Positions 53,060 through 62,387 of a stretch of DNA of 64,000 bases are shown here, piece after piece. Where the stretch lies: positions 50,216 through 114,215 of the forward strand of contig JADGCL010000001.1 of assembly GCA_015229005.1 (NCBI GenBank). The letters run 5' to 3'. Within the stretch, counting starts at the first letter, position 1, and each line of letters begins with the position of its first letter. A program made the position numbers and the translations under genes. The DNA is from Magnetococcales bacterium (GTDB lineage: Bacteria > Pseudomonadota > Magnetococcia > Magnetococcales > JADGCL01). The notes below the pieces were generated by a model. It was not told the DNA's origin and made no database searches. It saw only the letters and a list, made by a program, of their open reading frames with translations.

Positions 53060-54355
53060 TTATTCCTTGCCCTTGACTTTGATGGTTTTCCGGACGAGCC
53101 CCGCACTCTTCCCACCTTCACCGAGCTCAGCGGGATCCACCAGCTGGGCCTTCAGGAACTCGACTTCCTCCTGCAGGGCTTTGATCTGGGAGTCATAATC
53201 CACGCCGCCTTCCTTGGGCTGACTCTTCAGGGCGGCGAGCCCCTTCTTCAGTTCGGTTACCCCCAGTTGCTCCATATCATCGCGCAGGGAGCGCAACTGG
53301 TCCGACACGCGACCGAGACTCCGCACCTCCCGCTCCAGGGAGGTCATCCGCCGCCTGAGACCGTGGGCCACCTTGTGGGCGGCGTCCAGCTCCGAGCGAT
53401 TGGGAAGGTTCATCGACCCAAGATACTCGTCGATCATCGCCAGATTCTGGGCCTTGAGGCGATTCATCGAGTTCGAGAGCTTGGCGTTGGCCTCGGTGTA
53501 CTCCTCGCCGGCGATGGTCTTGGCGTGGGCCGAATCGGCACAGGAGACCCACAGATCGATCACCTTCTGCATGGTATCCAGCGGCTCGCCCTTTTCCGCG
53601 GCCTGGTTCAGACGCTTCTGCAGGGTCTCCAGGGCCAGCACCATCTCTTTGCCCTGCACCACCATCAACGCCTGCATCGCCTGCTGATACTCCATCGTCA
53701 GGCGGCTGATCTCCTTCATCCGGGTATTCATCTGGTTCACGGATGGAGGGGAGACGATGCTGAGAAAACGATTGACTCCGGCCATGGCCGGAACATCCTG
53801 CATGAACGGCTGCGTCAGGGTGGACATCGCCTGCAAGAACTCGCCGCCCGGAAAGGCCGGCATCGACGGCATTCCCATCCCGGAGAGTCCGGGCATCATC
53901 CCCGGCACCATCTTCGTCCAGTTCGAGAGCATCTCCTGATAGATCTTGGGGATTCCCGTCATGCCACCGAACATCGAGCCGTCTCCGCTCCACATGGACT
54001 TGGCCTGATCGATGAATTGGTTCAACCCCTTGGTCCAGTCTCCGGAGAGTTGACCGGCCTGCTGCATGGTCTGGAAGGCTTTCATCATGGTCTCGCCCAT
54101 CCGCATGAAGCCTTCGCCGGCGCCGAACATGTTCCGGAATATTGCCTGCTCTGGGGATTGGGCCGCCTGCCCCGGAGAAAGCAGGTTCATCCACTGGTTC
54201 ATCCCGTCACGCCAGAGATTTCCGGGCAGGGCCGTCCCGGACGTGCCCTCCATGGCCTTTCTGGCCACGGTCGCCCAGGTATTCCAGGCATTTTGCTGAA
54301 CGTCAGCCAAGCTGTTCAACCAATTCATGGTCATTTGTTGCGGGCTCTCAGCCAT
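53060..54355 (-). CDS. phaE: class III PHA synthase, PhaE subunit
   Basis: The N-terminus WLNSLADVQQNAWNTWATVARKAM resembles PhaE. The gene sits 12 nt upstream of phaC. The C-terminus is coiled coil. Confidence 0.75.
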   Translation of the reverse strand: MAESPQQMTMNWLNSLADVQQNAWNTWATVARKAMEGTSGTALPGNLWRDGMNQWMNLLSPGQAAQSPEQAIFRNMFGAGEGFMRMGETMMKAFQTMQQAGQLSGDWTKGLNQFIDQAKSMWSGDGSMFGGMTGIPKIYQEMLSNWTKMVPGMMPGLSGMGMPSMPAFPGGEFLQAMSTLTQPFMQDVPAMAGVNRFLSIVSPPSVNQMNTRMKEISRLTMEYQQAMQALMVVQGKEMVLALETLQKRLNQAAEKGEPLDTMQKVIDLWVSCADSAHAKTIAGEEYTEANAKLSNSMNRLKAQNLAMIDEYLGSMNLPNRSELDAAHKVAHGLRRRMTSLEREVRSLGRVSDQLRSLRDDMEQLGVTELKKGLAALKSQPKEGGVDYDSQIKALQEEVEFLKAQLVDPAELGEGGKSAGLVRKTIKVKGKE

Positions 54356-54388
54356 GTCGCCTCCCTCAGGTTGCCGGTGGCTTGCCGG

Positions 54389-54745
54389 TCACTCCTTTCC
54401 CGCTTTACTCATCGCGAGAAACGCTTTCAGGTTTTTTTCCACCAACTCGTTCAGTTCCAACTTGCTCTGGGTGAGCGTTTCCATGGCCTGTTTCGCGTGG
54501 CCAATCATCAGTTCCCCCAGTTCCGAGGCCATATCCGCCTGATCGACCATGGCCTCCTTGACGTCCTTGGCGCCACTGATCTTGCGGATTTGTTTGACCC
54601 CGGCACTCATGCAGCTCCCGGCCACTTCAAGCTGTTGCTTGGCCAGGTTCTGCACCGTTCGGTCGTTGATCTCCTGGAGCCGGAGCATGGAGTCCAGCAC
54701 CTTTTTGGTCACATCGGTCATCTGCTCGGCCAGCTTGCTGTCCAT
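54389..54745 (-). CDS. phaP: phasin family protein
   Basis: A 118-aa helical protein with a phasin-like sequence (VLDSMLRLQEINDRTVQNLAKQQLE...). It lies within the pha cluster. Confidence 0.7.
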   Translation of the reverse strand: MDSKLAEQMTDVTKKVLDSMLRLQEINDRTVQNLAKQQLEVAGSCMSAGVKQIRKISGAKDVKEAMVDQADMASELGELMIGHAKQAMETLTQSKLELNELVEKNLKAFLAMSKAGKE

Positions 54746-54804
54746 GGGGCAACTCCCTCAGAGTGAACATACCGGGATTCGGCGGAACGCTTGTTCAGAT
54801 GGTC

Positions 54805-54949
54805 GAAAGCGGTCCATCCGTGGACCCTCTCAGCCCGAGAGAGGCAAAACCCAGTTCTGCCCCTCCTTCCAAATTCAGCAGGCCATGCCGCCTCGTTGAA
54901 TTTGACCGGCCATCCCAGGCCGGTGCAGCCCGCTCATCAACGGCCTGCT
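54805..54949. repeat. structured repeat, copy B (phaR-phaP spacer)
   Basis: Homologous to 31226-31371, with 79/109 identities in the ungapped core. The helices are retained with compensatory changes. Confidence 0.65.
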
Positions 54950-54956
54950 GTGCTGC

Positions 54957-54979
54957 GCTGCAATATATTGCATTGCAGC
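54957..54979. promoter_or_regulatory. TGCA-rich palindrome (candidate PhaR operator) upstream of phaP
   Basis: The element reads GCTGCAATATATTGCATTGCAGC. It contains a perfect 14-bp palindrome TGCAATATATTGCA (54959-54972) and 8-bp outer arms GCTGCAAT/ATTGCAGC. Confidence 0.35.
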
Positions 54980-55023
54980 ATAAGGTAGTGCTACCCGACT
55001 GTCAAAGCTTTTTTCCGGATCCC

Positions 55024-55506
55024 TCACTCAGGGCTGGAACTTCCTTTCTGGTTGCCTTCCGGAAAGAGGCTTTCCTGCCAAGTCTTCCAAAGGGCGAAGT
55101 GGCGTTCGGCCATTTCGTGGATGATGGCCAGTGGGGTGGCTGCGGTGGCGGCCAGGGGAGCCTGCAACTGCTTGCGAAAGACCGCCTGCTGGTCGACGAA
55201 GAGCAGGAGACTTTTTTCCAGATAGTCGGTCAGGCTCGATTGAAGGGCGTCCCCCTGGAAATGGATGAGTCCCGACAGAAGGGCATTGCTGAACAGCGGC
55301 ATGCCTTTCTCCTCCTGCTCACTGATGATCTGGAGCAGGATGCCCCGGGTGATGTCCTCGCCGGTCTGATTGTCCACCACCTGGAAGGGGGTCTGGGCCA
55401 GGACCAGGGCCCTCACTCCCTCCAAGGTGATATACTGACTCGTGGCCGTGTCGTAGAGGCGCCGGTTGGGGTATTTCTTGATGATCCGCGGCTCTTCCAT
55501 TCCCAT
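55024..55506 (-). CDS. phaR: polyhydroxyalkanoate synthesis repressor
   Basis: IKKYPNRRLYDTATSQYITLEGV...ITRGILLQIISEQE is the canonical PhaR N-terminal region. Confidence 0.9.
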   Translation of the reverse strand: MGMEEPRIIKKYPNRRLYDTATSQYITLEGVRALVLAQTPFQVVDNQTGEDITRGILLQIISEQEEKGMPLFSNALLSGLIHFQGDALQSSLTDYLEKSLLLFVDQQAVFRKQLQAPLAATAATPLAIIHEMAERHFALWKTWQESLFPEGNQKGSSSPE

Positions 55507-55805
55507 CCCTTGGTCACATGACGACGGCCGAGGGCCGAGGTCCCCACTTCCGATACGTTCCTGAAATTTCTTTCCGCAATTTGTTCCTGCGATCCAGCCC
55601 CGGCACGACGAACCCCCGTCCCGGCTGCAGAAGACCCGTTTTGCAGGGCGTCCAGGAGATCCGACGGACCCCCCACGCCGGGGCAGGAGGCGGACAATTC
55701 CTCGACTGACCGCCCCCTGCCTGATGTTCCGGAGTCACCGACGACCCCGTCCCCCCGGTCTCGTTCTCCGACCGGAGCAACCGAACGGACGGGGGTGATG
55801 CCGGA

Positions 55806-56552
55806 TCAGTGGTGCATCCACATCCCGCCGTTCACGTCGAGATTGACGCCGGTGATATAGGCGGCATCATCGGAAGCGAGGAACTTGACTGCGGCAGCGA
55901 TCTCGCGGGGTTCGGCCAGGCGCTGCATCGGGATCCCCTTCTTGATGCCTTCCATCACCTTTTCCGGGATGGCGAGCATCATTTCGGTCGCCGTATAGCC
56001 GGGGGAGATGCAGTTGGCGGTAACCGCGTTACGGGCGCCTTCCTGGGCGATGGACATCGTGAAGCCGTGCATGCCGCCTTTGGTGGCCGCATAGTTGCTC
56101 TGACCGAACATGCCCTTCTGCCCGTTCATGGAGGCGATGTTGATGATCCGGCCCCAATTACGATCCAGCATACCGGGGAAGAACTGACGGGTGACGTTGA
56201 AGACGCTGTTCAGGTTCACCTGGATGACCAGATTCCAGTTCTCGACCGGCATCTTCTTCAGGGTCGAGTCCCGGGTGATGCCGGCGCAATTGACGAGGAT
56301 GTCCACGGGCCCCATCTTCTCTTCGACGGCCTTGGCCATCTTTTCGCAGGAGGCGAAGTCGGAGACGTCGGCCTCGAAGAGTTGGACATCCAGCCCTTCG
56401 GCCTTGAGCGGCTTCTGCCAGCCGTCGATCTTGTTTGCCTCGAAGGAGGCATAGGTGCTACCGGTCTTGTACCCGGCCTTGGCCAAAGTGTGGACGATCT
56501 CGGTGCCAATACCGCCAACGCCGCCCGTCACCAACGCTACACGCTGTCCCAT
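55806..56552 (-). CDS. phaB: acetoacetyl-CoA reductase (SDR)
   Basis: VALVTGGVGGIG, NCAGIT and YAATKGG are SDR motifs. Start at MGQRVA, preceded by GGGAGAG; the track ORF starts at 56576. Confidence 0.9.
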   Translation of the reverse strand: MGQRVALVTGGVGGIGTEIVHTLAKAGYKTGSTYASFEANKIDGWQKPLKAEGLDVQLFEADVSDFASCEKMAKAVEEKMGPVDILVNCAGITRDSTLKKMPVENWNLVIQVNLNSVFNVTRQFFPGMLDRNWGRIINIASMNGQKGMFGQSNYAATKGGMHGFTMSIAQEGARNAVTANCISPGYTATEMMLAIPEKVMEGIKKGIPMQRLAEPREIAAAVKFLASDDAAYITGVNLDVNGGMWMHH

Positions 56553-56626
56553 CTCGTTCTCTCCCTTGTAATCCATTTGGCTTTGATTCAGACCGCTTCA
56601 AACTCGACCTTCCGAGAAGATCCGCT

Positions 56627-57808
56627 TCAGATCCGCTCGACCGCCAGAGCCACGCCCATGCCGCCGCCGATGCAGAGGGTGGCCAGACCGCGATTGGCCT
56701 TCCGGCGTTGCATCTCGTAGAGGAGGGTCACCAGGATTCTGGCGCCCGAGGCGCCCACCGGATGGCCGAGGGCGATGGCGCCGCCGTTGACGTTCACCTT
56801 CGACATGTCGAGGCCCAGCTCGTTGCGGCAGGCGCAGGCCTGGGCGGCGAAGGCCTCGTTGGCCTCGATGAGGTCCAGGTCGCTCAGCTTCCAGCCCGCC
56901 TTCTCCAGACACTTGCGGGTCGAGGGGACCGGTCCCATGCCCATGATCTCGGGTTCCAGACCGGCGTTGGCATAAGCCACCACCCGTGCCAGCGGCTTCA
57001 GCCCCAATTCCTTGGCGCGGCTGGCCGAGGCCACCAGGACGGCGGCGGCGCCATCGTTCATTCCGGAGGCGTTGCCGGCGGTGACCGTTCCATCCTTCTC
57101 GAAGGCGGGACGGATCTTGCCGAGGGCCGCCGCCGTCACCCCATGGCGGGGGAACTCGTCCTGGGAGAAGACGATCGGCGGTTTGTTGCGCTGGGGGATC
57201 TCGATCGGGACGATCTCGTCGGTGAACCGACCCGCCTTCTGCGCGGCCTCGCACCGATTCTGCGATTCGGCGGCGAAGGCATCCTGCTCTTCGCGGGTGA
57301 TGTTGTACTTGCGGCGCACGTTCTCGGCGGTGACGCCCATATGATAGTTCTTGAAGGTGTCGAACAGGCCGTCGGCCAGAAGGCTGTCCTGCAGTTCCCA
57401 GGCGCCCATCTTGACGCCATTGCGGGAGCCGACCAGGATGTGCGGGGCGCGGGTCATGCTCTCCTGACCACCGGCCAGGATCATCCTGGCATCGCCGCAC
57501 TTGATCGCCTGGGTGGCCAGATGCACTGCCTTCAGGCCGCTGCCGCAGAGCTTATCGATCCGCAGCGCCGGGACCTCCGGGGGAATCCCGGCCCGGATGG
57601 CGGCCTGACGCGCCGGGTGTTGACCCTCGCCCGCTCCCAGGATCTGCCCCATGATGACCTCATCCAACTGGTCGGGCTTGATACCGGTCCGCTCCAGGAG
57701 GGCCTTCATGACGATGGTTCCAAGCTCACTCGCCTTGAAACCGGAGAGGGCCCCCATGAAGCTCCCGATCGGGGTCCTGACGCCACCACAGATTACGACA
57801 TCTTCCAT
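56627..57808 (-). CDS. phaA: acetyl-CoA acetyltransferase (thiolase II)
   Basis: [10 protein letters not shown] carries the active-site Cys. [17 protein letters not shown] and CIGGGMGVA are also present. Confidence 0.92.
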   Translation of the reverse strand: MEDVVICGGVRTPIGSFMGALSGFKASELGTIVMKALLERTGIKPDQLDEVIMGQILGAGEGQHPARQAAIRAGIPPEVPALRIDKLCGSGLKAVHLATQAIKCGDARMILAGGQESMTRAPHILVGSRNGVKMGAWELQDSLLADGLFDTFKNYHMGVTAENVRRKYNITREEQDAFAAESQNRCEAAQKAGRFTDEIVPIEIPQRNKPPIVFSQDEFPRHGVTAAALGKIRPAFEKDGTVTAGNASGMNDGAAAVLVASASRAKELGLKPLARVVAYANAGLEPEIMGMGPVPSTRKCLEKAGWKLSDLDLIEANEAFAAQACACRNELGLDMSKVNVNGGAIALGHPVGASGARILVTLLYEMQRRKANRGLATLCIGGGMGVALAVERI

Positions 57809-58218
57809 CGTTCAACCTCCATTCGACCACGGTTAGCCGGAATCGCCGACCTTTCTCGGCAATGACCTTTGCACTCGGCCTGCGCTTGCTGCCCGAAAGG
57901 GGTGTGCGCCGCAACCTTGCCAACGCGATCCGGAACTGCGCCAGCGCAGGACGGCTGAAGACCACCATCCGTCCCCCCCCTCTCCTGGCGGGCAATCATT
58001 GGCCAACACGGAGCAAATTTCAAGGCAAGACAAGAAAATTCCCGGGATATCCACAAGAAATGAGCGTTATTTGAGAAAGAAATGACGTTTCCCCGTTCGC
58101 AATGCACCGTCTCCGAACACTTTTTCGGACGAAGGGAAGGAAACGCCCCGGTTATCCCAACGCCTGGAGAATCGGTCGGACATCGGGGAGAACGCCCGGG
58201 CGGGGAATTCCTCCCCAC

Positions 58219-59922
58219 TCAGTTTTCGTAGCGGCGGATCAGCATGTCGGTTATGTGCAACCCGCTGGCCATGCGATCCCTGGCGGCAACCGCCTCGGCG
58301 GGACTCTCGAAGAGACCGGCGGTGACCCGTGTCGCTGGCTGTCCGGCGAGGTCGACCTGCTGGAGGAATACGGGTATTCCCAATTTTCTTACCCCCTCCA
58401 TGAAGGCATCAAGTCGCCCCACCTCGCGGAACAGGGCGACGTAAACCATATATCGTTCGTGAGCCAACTTGAGCCCGCGCAGGGCGGCGCTGTTGACCGG
58501 GTCGACGGCCAGGACCCTGCGAAACATCTCCCTGGCTTTTTCTCCCGACTCCAGATTGGGGCTTGTCCGGGTACGTGGGGATTGCAACCAGCCGTACCCT
58601 TCTGCCAACCAACGCGAGATTTCAGGCTGTTCAACTTCTTCCCCGGGTTGGACTGCCCCTCCCGCCCTTTCGCTCCCCTCTGCCTCAGTGGCATTGTTGC
58701 CGTCTGCGGCCTGTTCGGGAGGGTGCCCGGCGGAGCCTTCCTCCTCCTCGGACGACTCCGTCCCGGGCAAGGCGGCCTTGGATATTGCAGCCCAGGTTGC
58801 GGCCACGGACGATTGATCCGCTGTCTTCCCCCCGGTCTCCCGGGGAGCTTTGGCTGCATCGTCATCGGGCGCGACTTTGGTTGCATCGCCCGCTGGGGTA
58901 ACCTTGGCCGTATTGGCGGCGGACGCGACTTTGGCCGAATCGGTGGCCCTGGGGGCGGGCTTGGACTCCTCGGGGGAGGAAGCGCTCTCTTGGGGGCTCG
59001 CCGGACCCGGAGATTCCTCCATGGGGAGTGGGGCAGCCACTGGCCCGGGGGGAGGAAGGTCGAGGCCGAGGGAGGGGGTGGCGCCTGCGGCAAAGGGCTC
59101 CGAGGGCATGGCCTCGCGGCCATCGGAGGGAGCCGCTGAATCGGGGGAGGAAGGAGGACCTGAAACCGACTCTTCCGCTTTCGAGAGCGCCGGTGACGGG
59201 GCATCTTCGGTCTTGGCTGCGATGTCCGAACCCTCCGGGGGAGTCGCAGGTTCCGGGCTATCTTTGGTCGGGGTGGGGACCCCTTTGGTGGAGGGGGGCG
59301 TTGAGCTCTCCTCCCCGGAGGCCAGCAACACCACCTTGCCGCCCCAGTCGCGGTCGACGATGTCGATATAGCCGATCTCCTCCCGGAAGCCGGGGTGGGA
59401 CACCTTCACCGGATAGCGACCGGGAGGAAGCTCCATGCCCCGTCGGTAGGGCTCCGGGTAGGTGAGGAGGCTGACCTCGGCCTCCTCCGGCACTGTGATG
59501 ATCGTGAGATGGAATCGGGGCGAATCGCTTCCGCCGGGGTGGGCATCTCCCGTTTGCTCCGGCGTGACGGCGAGACGATCCAGGGCGAGATGAAGCTCGC
59601 TGACCCGGTTCTCGTGGATCCGAACGATCTTCTCCAGAGGCTGGTATCCCGGAAGGCTGGCACGGACTCTGACGCGTCCGGCCGGAACCCCGTCCAGTGT
59701 CAGCGGGGCCTTGCCCAGGGGTCTGTCGTCGACGTGGATCTCTGCCGCATCCGGGAGGGTGGTGACCGCGAGGCCGCCGGTGAGGCCCGGGCCGACCCCA
59801 GCGGGATCTGCCATTTCCCCACTCCGGAAGAGGAAAATGCCGCAGAGGGCGATGACCGCGACCAAGAGCGCCGTCAGGGGGAGAACAAAGCTGCGCAATC
59901 GGGGGGGGAAGTCCGGAAACAT
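58219..59922 (-). CDS. membrane-anchored PEGA-domain / SPOR-domain protein with a long Pro/Ala/Ser/Glu linker
   Basis: An N-terminal TM segment is followed by PEGA-like TLPDAAEIHVDDRPLGKAPL...VRVRASLPGYQP. The C-terminus YMVYVALFRE...ATRVTAGLFESPAEA resembles a SPOR domain. Confidence 0.6.
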   Translation of the reverse strand: MFPDFPPRLRSFVLPLTALLVAVIALCGIFLFRSGEMADPAGVGPGLTGGLAVTTLPDAAEIHVDDRPLGKAPLTLDGVPAGRVRVRASLPGYQPLEKIVRIHENRVSELHLALDRLAVTPEQTGDAHPGGSDSPRFHLTIITVPEEAEVSLLTYPEPYRRGMELPPGRYPVKVSHPGFREEIGYIDIVDRDWGGKVVLLASGEESSTPPSTKGVPTPTKDSPEPATPPEGSDIAAKTEDAPSPALSKAEESVSGPPSSPDSAAPSDGREAMPSEPFAAGATPSLGLDLPPPGPVAAPLPMEESPGPASPQESASSPEESKPAPRATDSAKVASAANTAKVTPAGDATKVAPDDDAAKAPRETGGKTADQSSVAATWAAISKAALPGTESSEEEEGSAGHPPEQAADGNNATEAEGSERAGGAVQPGEEVEQPEISRWLAEGYGWLQSPRTRTSPNLESGEKAREMFRRVLAVDPVNSAALRGLKLAHERYMVYVALFREVGRLDAFMEGVRKLGIPVFLQQVDLAGQPATRVTAGLFESPAEAVAARDRMASGLHITDMLIRRYEN

Positions 59923-60190
59923 GGTGTCTGGGATCCCATCATTCTGATGCCAGGGCCGCGGGAAGGGCGATGGCGACCGCGTTCGGCTGGATGGCGACCG
60001 GGGACGGTCTCCGCCGGGAGCCTCCGAATCCTTACCGTAGAACCGACCCTGAAATCGAAAATCCCATCACCGGCCAGCGCATCATCCTCGCATCCCCGCA
60101 TCCTAACTCCATCCCTTTCCGGAGGAAAGGGGGTATGCCAGAGGGGGGGGGTGGCGAGGGGACCGAGGTCGATGTATCCCCGGACAAACT

Positions 60191-60218
60191 CATGGCCGGC
60201 CATTGCTGGCCGGCCATG
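60191..60218 (-). terminator. candidate terminator hairpin after amtB
   Basis: CATGGCCGGCCA-ttgc-TGGCCGGCCATG is a perfect 12-bp stem about 60 nt after the stop. Only a weak T-tract (AGTTTGT) follows. Confidence 0.4.
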
Positions 60219-60278
60219 AGAGGGTTGGCGAAGGACCCGATGAAAAAAGGAGAGACTGCAGCGGATCGTGGCGGGGCT

Positions 60279-61583
60279 TCAGGGGTAGTAGCCACGCTCG
60301 TCATGGAGGGCCAGATCCAACCCCATGGTTTCTTGCTCGTCATCGACTCGGAGGCCGATCAGCAGTTGGACGATCTTGAGCAGGATGAAGGTCATGATGG
60401 CACCGTAGGCGATCGTCACCAGGGTCCCAATGGTTTGGGTCCAGACCTGCCCACCGAGGGTGACCCCCTCCGCGAAGCCGGTACCGCCCAGATCAGCGCT
60501 GACGAAGACCCCGGTCAGGATGGCGCCGACGATGCCACCGATGCCGTGGACTCCAAAGGCATCCAGGGAATCGTCGTAGCCCATTTTCCGTTTCAGGGTG
60601 GTGGCGCCGAAGAAGCAGACGACCCCGGCCACCAGGCCTATGACCAACGCCCCCATGGGACCAACGAAACCCGATGCCGGGGTGATGGCCACGAGACCGG
60701 CGACCGCACCCGTGACCAGTCCGAGAGCACTCGGCTTGCCGTGCGACATCCACTCCACCGACATCCAGGCGAGGGCAGCGGCAGCGGTGGCGAGTTGCGT
60801 GACGACCATGGCCATGCCGGCGGTATTGTCGGCGGCCAGGGCGCTGCCAGCGTTGAAGCCGAACCAGCCGACCCAGAGCATCCCCGCCCCGATTACCGTA
60901 AGGGGCAGACTGTGGGGCGGCATGTGGGTGGTGGGAAACCCTTTGCGGCGTCCCAGTACCAGGGCCGCCATCAGGCCCGCGACACCGGCGTTGATATGGA
61001 CCACCGTGCCTCCGGCATAGTCAAGAACGCCCATGCTGGCCAGCCAGCCGCCGCCCCAAACCCAGTGACAGACCGGCGCATAGACCAGGCTCAACCACAA
61101 ACCCATGAAGAGAAGCATGGCGGAAAACTTCATCCGCTCGGCGAAGGCGCCGACAATGAGAGCTGGGGTGATGATCGCGAAGGTCATCTGAAACGTCATG
61201 AAGACCGATTCCGGGATTGACCCCTTCATCGCGTCCACCGTGACTCCGGACAAGAAGATTTTGGCAAAGCCGCCCAGATAGGCATTCCACGACCCCGTGT
61301 CATCGAAGGCCAGGGAGTAGCCGAACAGCGACCAGAGCACCGTCATCAGGGCGGTGATGGCAAAGCACTGGGTCAGGACCGAAAGCACATTCTTCGAGCG
61401 GACCATTCCGGCATAGAACAGAGAGAGCCCGGGAATGGTCATGAAGAGGACCAGGGCAGTCGAGGTCAACATCCATGCCGTATTTCCGGAGTTCAATCCG
61501 TCGGCGGCCTCGACCGAACCGGGAGTGAGCAGCCATAAGCCTGGCAAAGCCCCTGTCAGGGCGGGTATCGGCAGTCGTTTCAT
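60279..61583 (-). CDS. amtB: ammonium transporter AmtB, copy 2 (signal-peptide form)
   Basis: NTAWMLTSTALVLFMTIPGLSLFYAG, LDYAGGTVVHINAG and FGVHGIGGIVGAILTG are present. The gene lies directly downstream of glnK. Confidence 0.92.
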   Translation of the reverse strand: MKRLPIPALTGALPGLWLLTPGSVEAADGLNSGNTAWMLTSTALVLFMTIPGLSLFYAGMVRSKNVLSVLTQCFAITALMTVLWSLFGYSLAFDDTGSWNAYLGGFAKIFLSGVTVDAMKGSIPESVFMTFQMTFAIITPALIVGAFAERMKFSAMLLFMGLWLSLVYAPVCHWVWGGGWLASMGVLDYAGGTVVHINAGVAGLMAALVLGRRKGFPTTHMPPHSLPLTVIGAGMLWVGWFGFNAGSALAADNTAGMAMVVTQLATAAAALAWMSVEWMSHGKPSALGLVTGAVAGLVAITPASGFVGPMGALVIGLVAGVVCFFGATTLKRKMGYDDSLDAFGVHGIGGIVGAILTGVFVSADLGGTGFAEGVTLGGQVWTQTIGTLVTIAYGAIMTFILLKIVQLLIGLRVDDEQETMGLDLALHDERGYYP

Positions 61584-61669
61584 GATCCTTTTCCTTGTGG
61601 CAAGTCCGTAAGCTGATCGACAGGCGGTATGGGCAGGCCGCAGAAGCGGAATGGGGAATTGCGTCCCCT

Positions 61670-62008
61670 TCAGAGAACCGATTCGCCGGACTCGCCCGTT
61701 CTCACCCGAATGGCCTGCTGGAGATCCAAGACGAAGATCTTGCCGTCGCCGATCTTGCCGGTTCGGGCCGTTTTCTGGATCGCCTCCACCACCTCTGTCA
61801 GCAATGCATCACTGACCGCCAGCTCGATCTTCAGCTTCGGCAGGAAGTCGACCTGATATTCCGCTCCCCGATAGAGTTCCGTGTGACCTTTCTGGCGTCC
61901 GAATCCCCGGACCTCGGTCATGGTGATCCCCTGGACCCCGAGGGTTGTCAGGGCTTCCCTCACTTCGTCCTGCTTGAATGGTTTGATGATGGCGATCACC
62001 CACTTCAT
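61670..62008 (-). CDS. glnK: P-II nitrogen regulatory protein
   Basis: MKWVIAIIKPFKQDEVREAL...GFGRQKGHTELYRGAEY includes the T-loop Tyr, and ...TGKIGDGKIFV follows. 112 aa. The track ORF has a 21-aa upstream extension. Confidence 0.92.
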   Translation of the reverse strand: MKWVIAIIKPFKQDEVREALTTLGVQGITMTEVRGFGRQKGHTELYRGAEYQVDFLPKLKIELAVSDALLTEVVEAIQKTARTGKIGDGKIFVLDLQQAIRVRTGESGESVL

Positions 62009-62160
62009 GTCTGAACTCCTTTCCCGAATACCCTTCCGAGGTACGGCACCATGGCACGGAGGCGATTCCACACACCCCGAACCAATCCTGCGACTGATCC
62101 TTCCGGGGCGGACAACAGCCGGCGGTAACGAGCTGCTTTGTGTTTGCCTGGTGTTAGAAG

Positions 62161-62177
62161 TGGCACTTGTCGTGCCA
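62161..62177 (-). promoter_or_regulatory. candidate sigma54 promoter for glnK-amtB
   Basis: The minus strand reads TGGCACG-acaa-GTGCC, against the consensus TGGCACG-N4-TTGCW. It lies about 150 nt upstream of glnK. The site is palindromic, TGGCAC-N5-GTGCCA. Confidence 0.5.
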
Positions 62178-62291
62178 AGAGACTACTGATTGATATTGAA
62201 GGGAATTTTTAGAAAGCCCGGAGATAAGGAGCATCCCGGACGCCCAAGGAATAGGCGTTTGATACACCTGCCGGGCAAACATCAGTCGGTA

Positions 62292-62308
62292 TGCACAATA
62301 ATCGGGCA
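62292..62308. promoter_or_regulatory. possible NtrC-type enhancer site
   Basis: TGCACAATAATCGGGCA matches 9 of the 12 specified positions of TGCACC-N5-GGTGCA. It lies about 120 nt upstream of the sigma54 candidate. Confidence 0.25.
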
Positions 62309-62387
62309 ATCCGGCTCGGACGTGAGGGAAAGGGGCGGCTGCTTCGAGGAGACCGGGAAATCTCGTTGGCTTCGGGCAGCCGGAAGT

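Noticed and set aside
52061-54766. 901-aa plus-strand ORF
   Set aside because: It is antisense to phaC, phaE and phaP, all of which have clear family signatures. The sequence is low complexity (H/L/G/R-rich) with no motifs.
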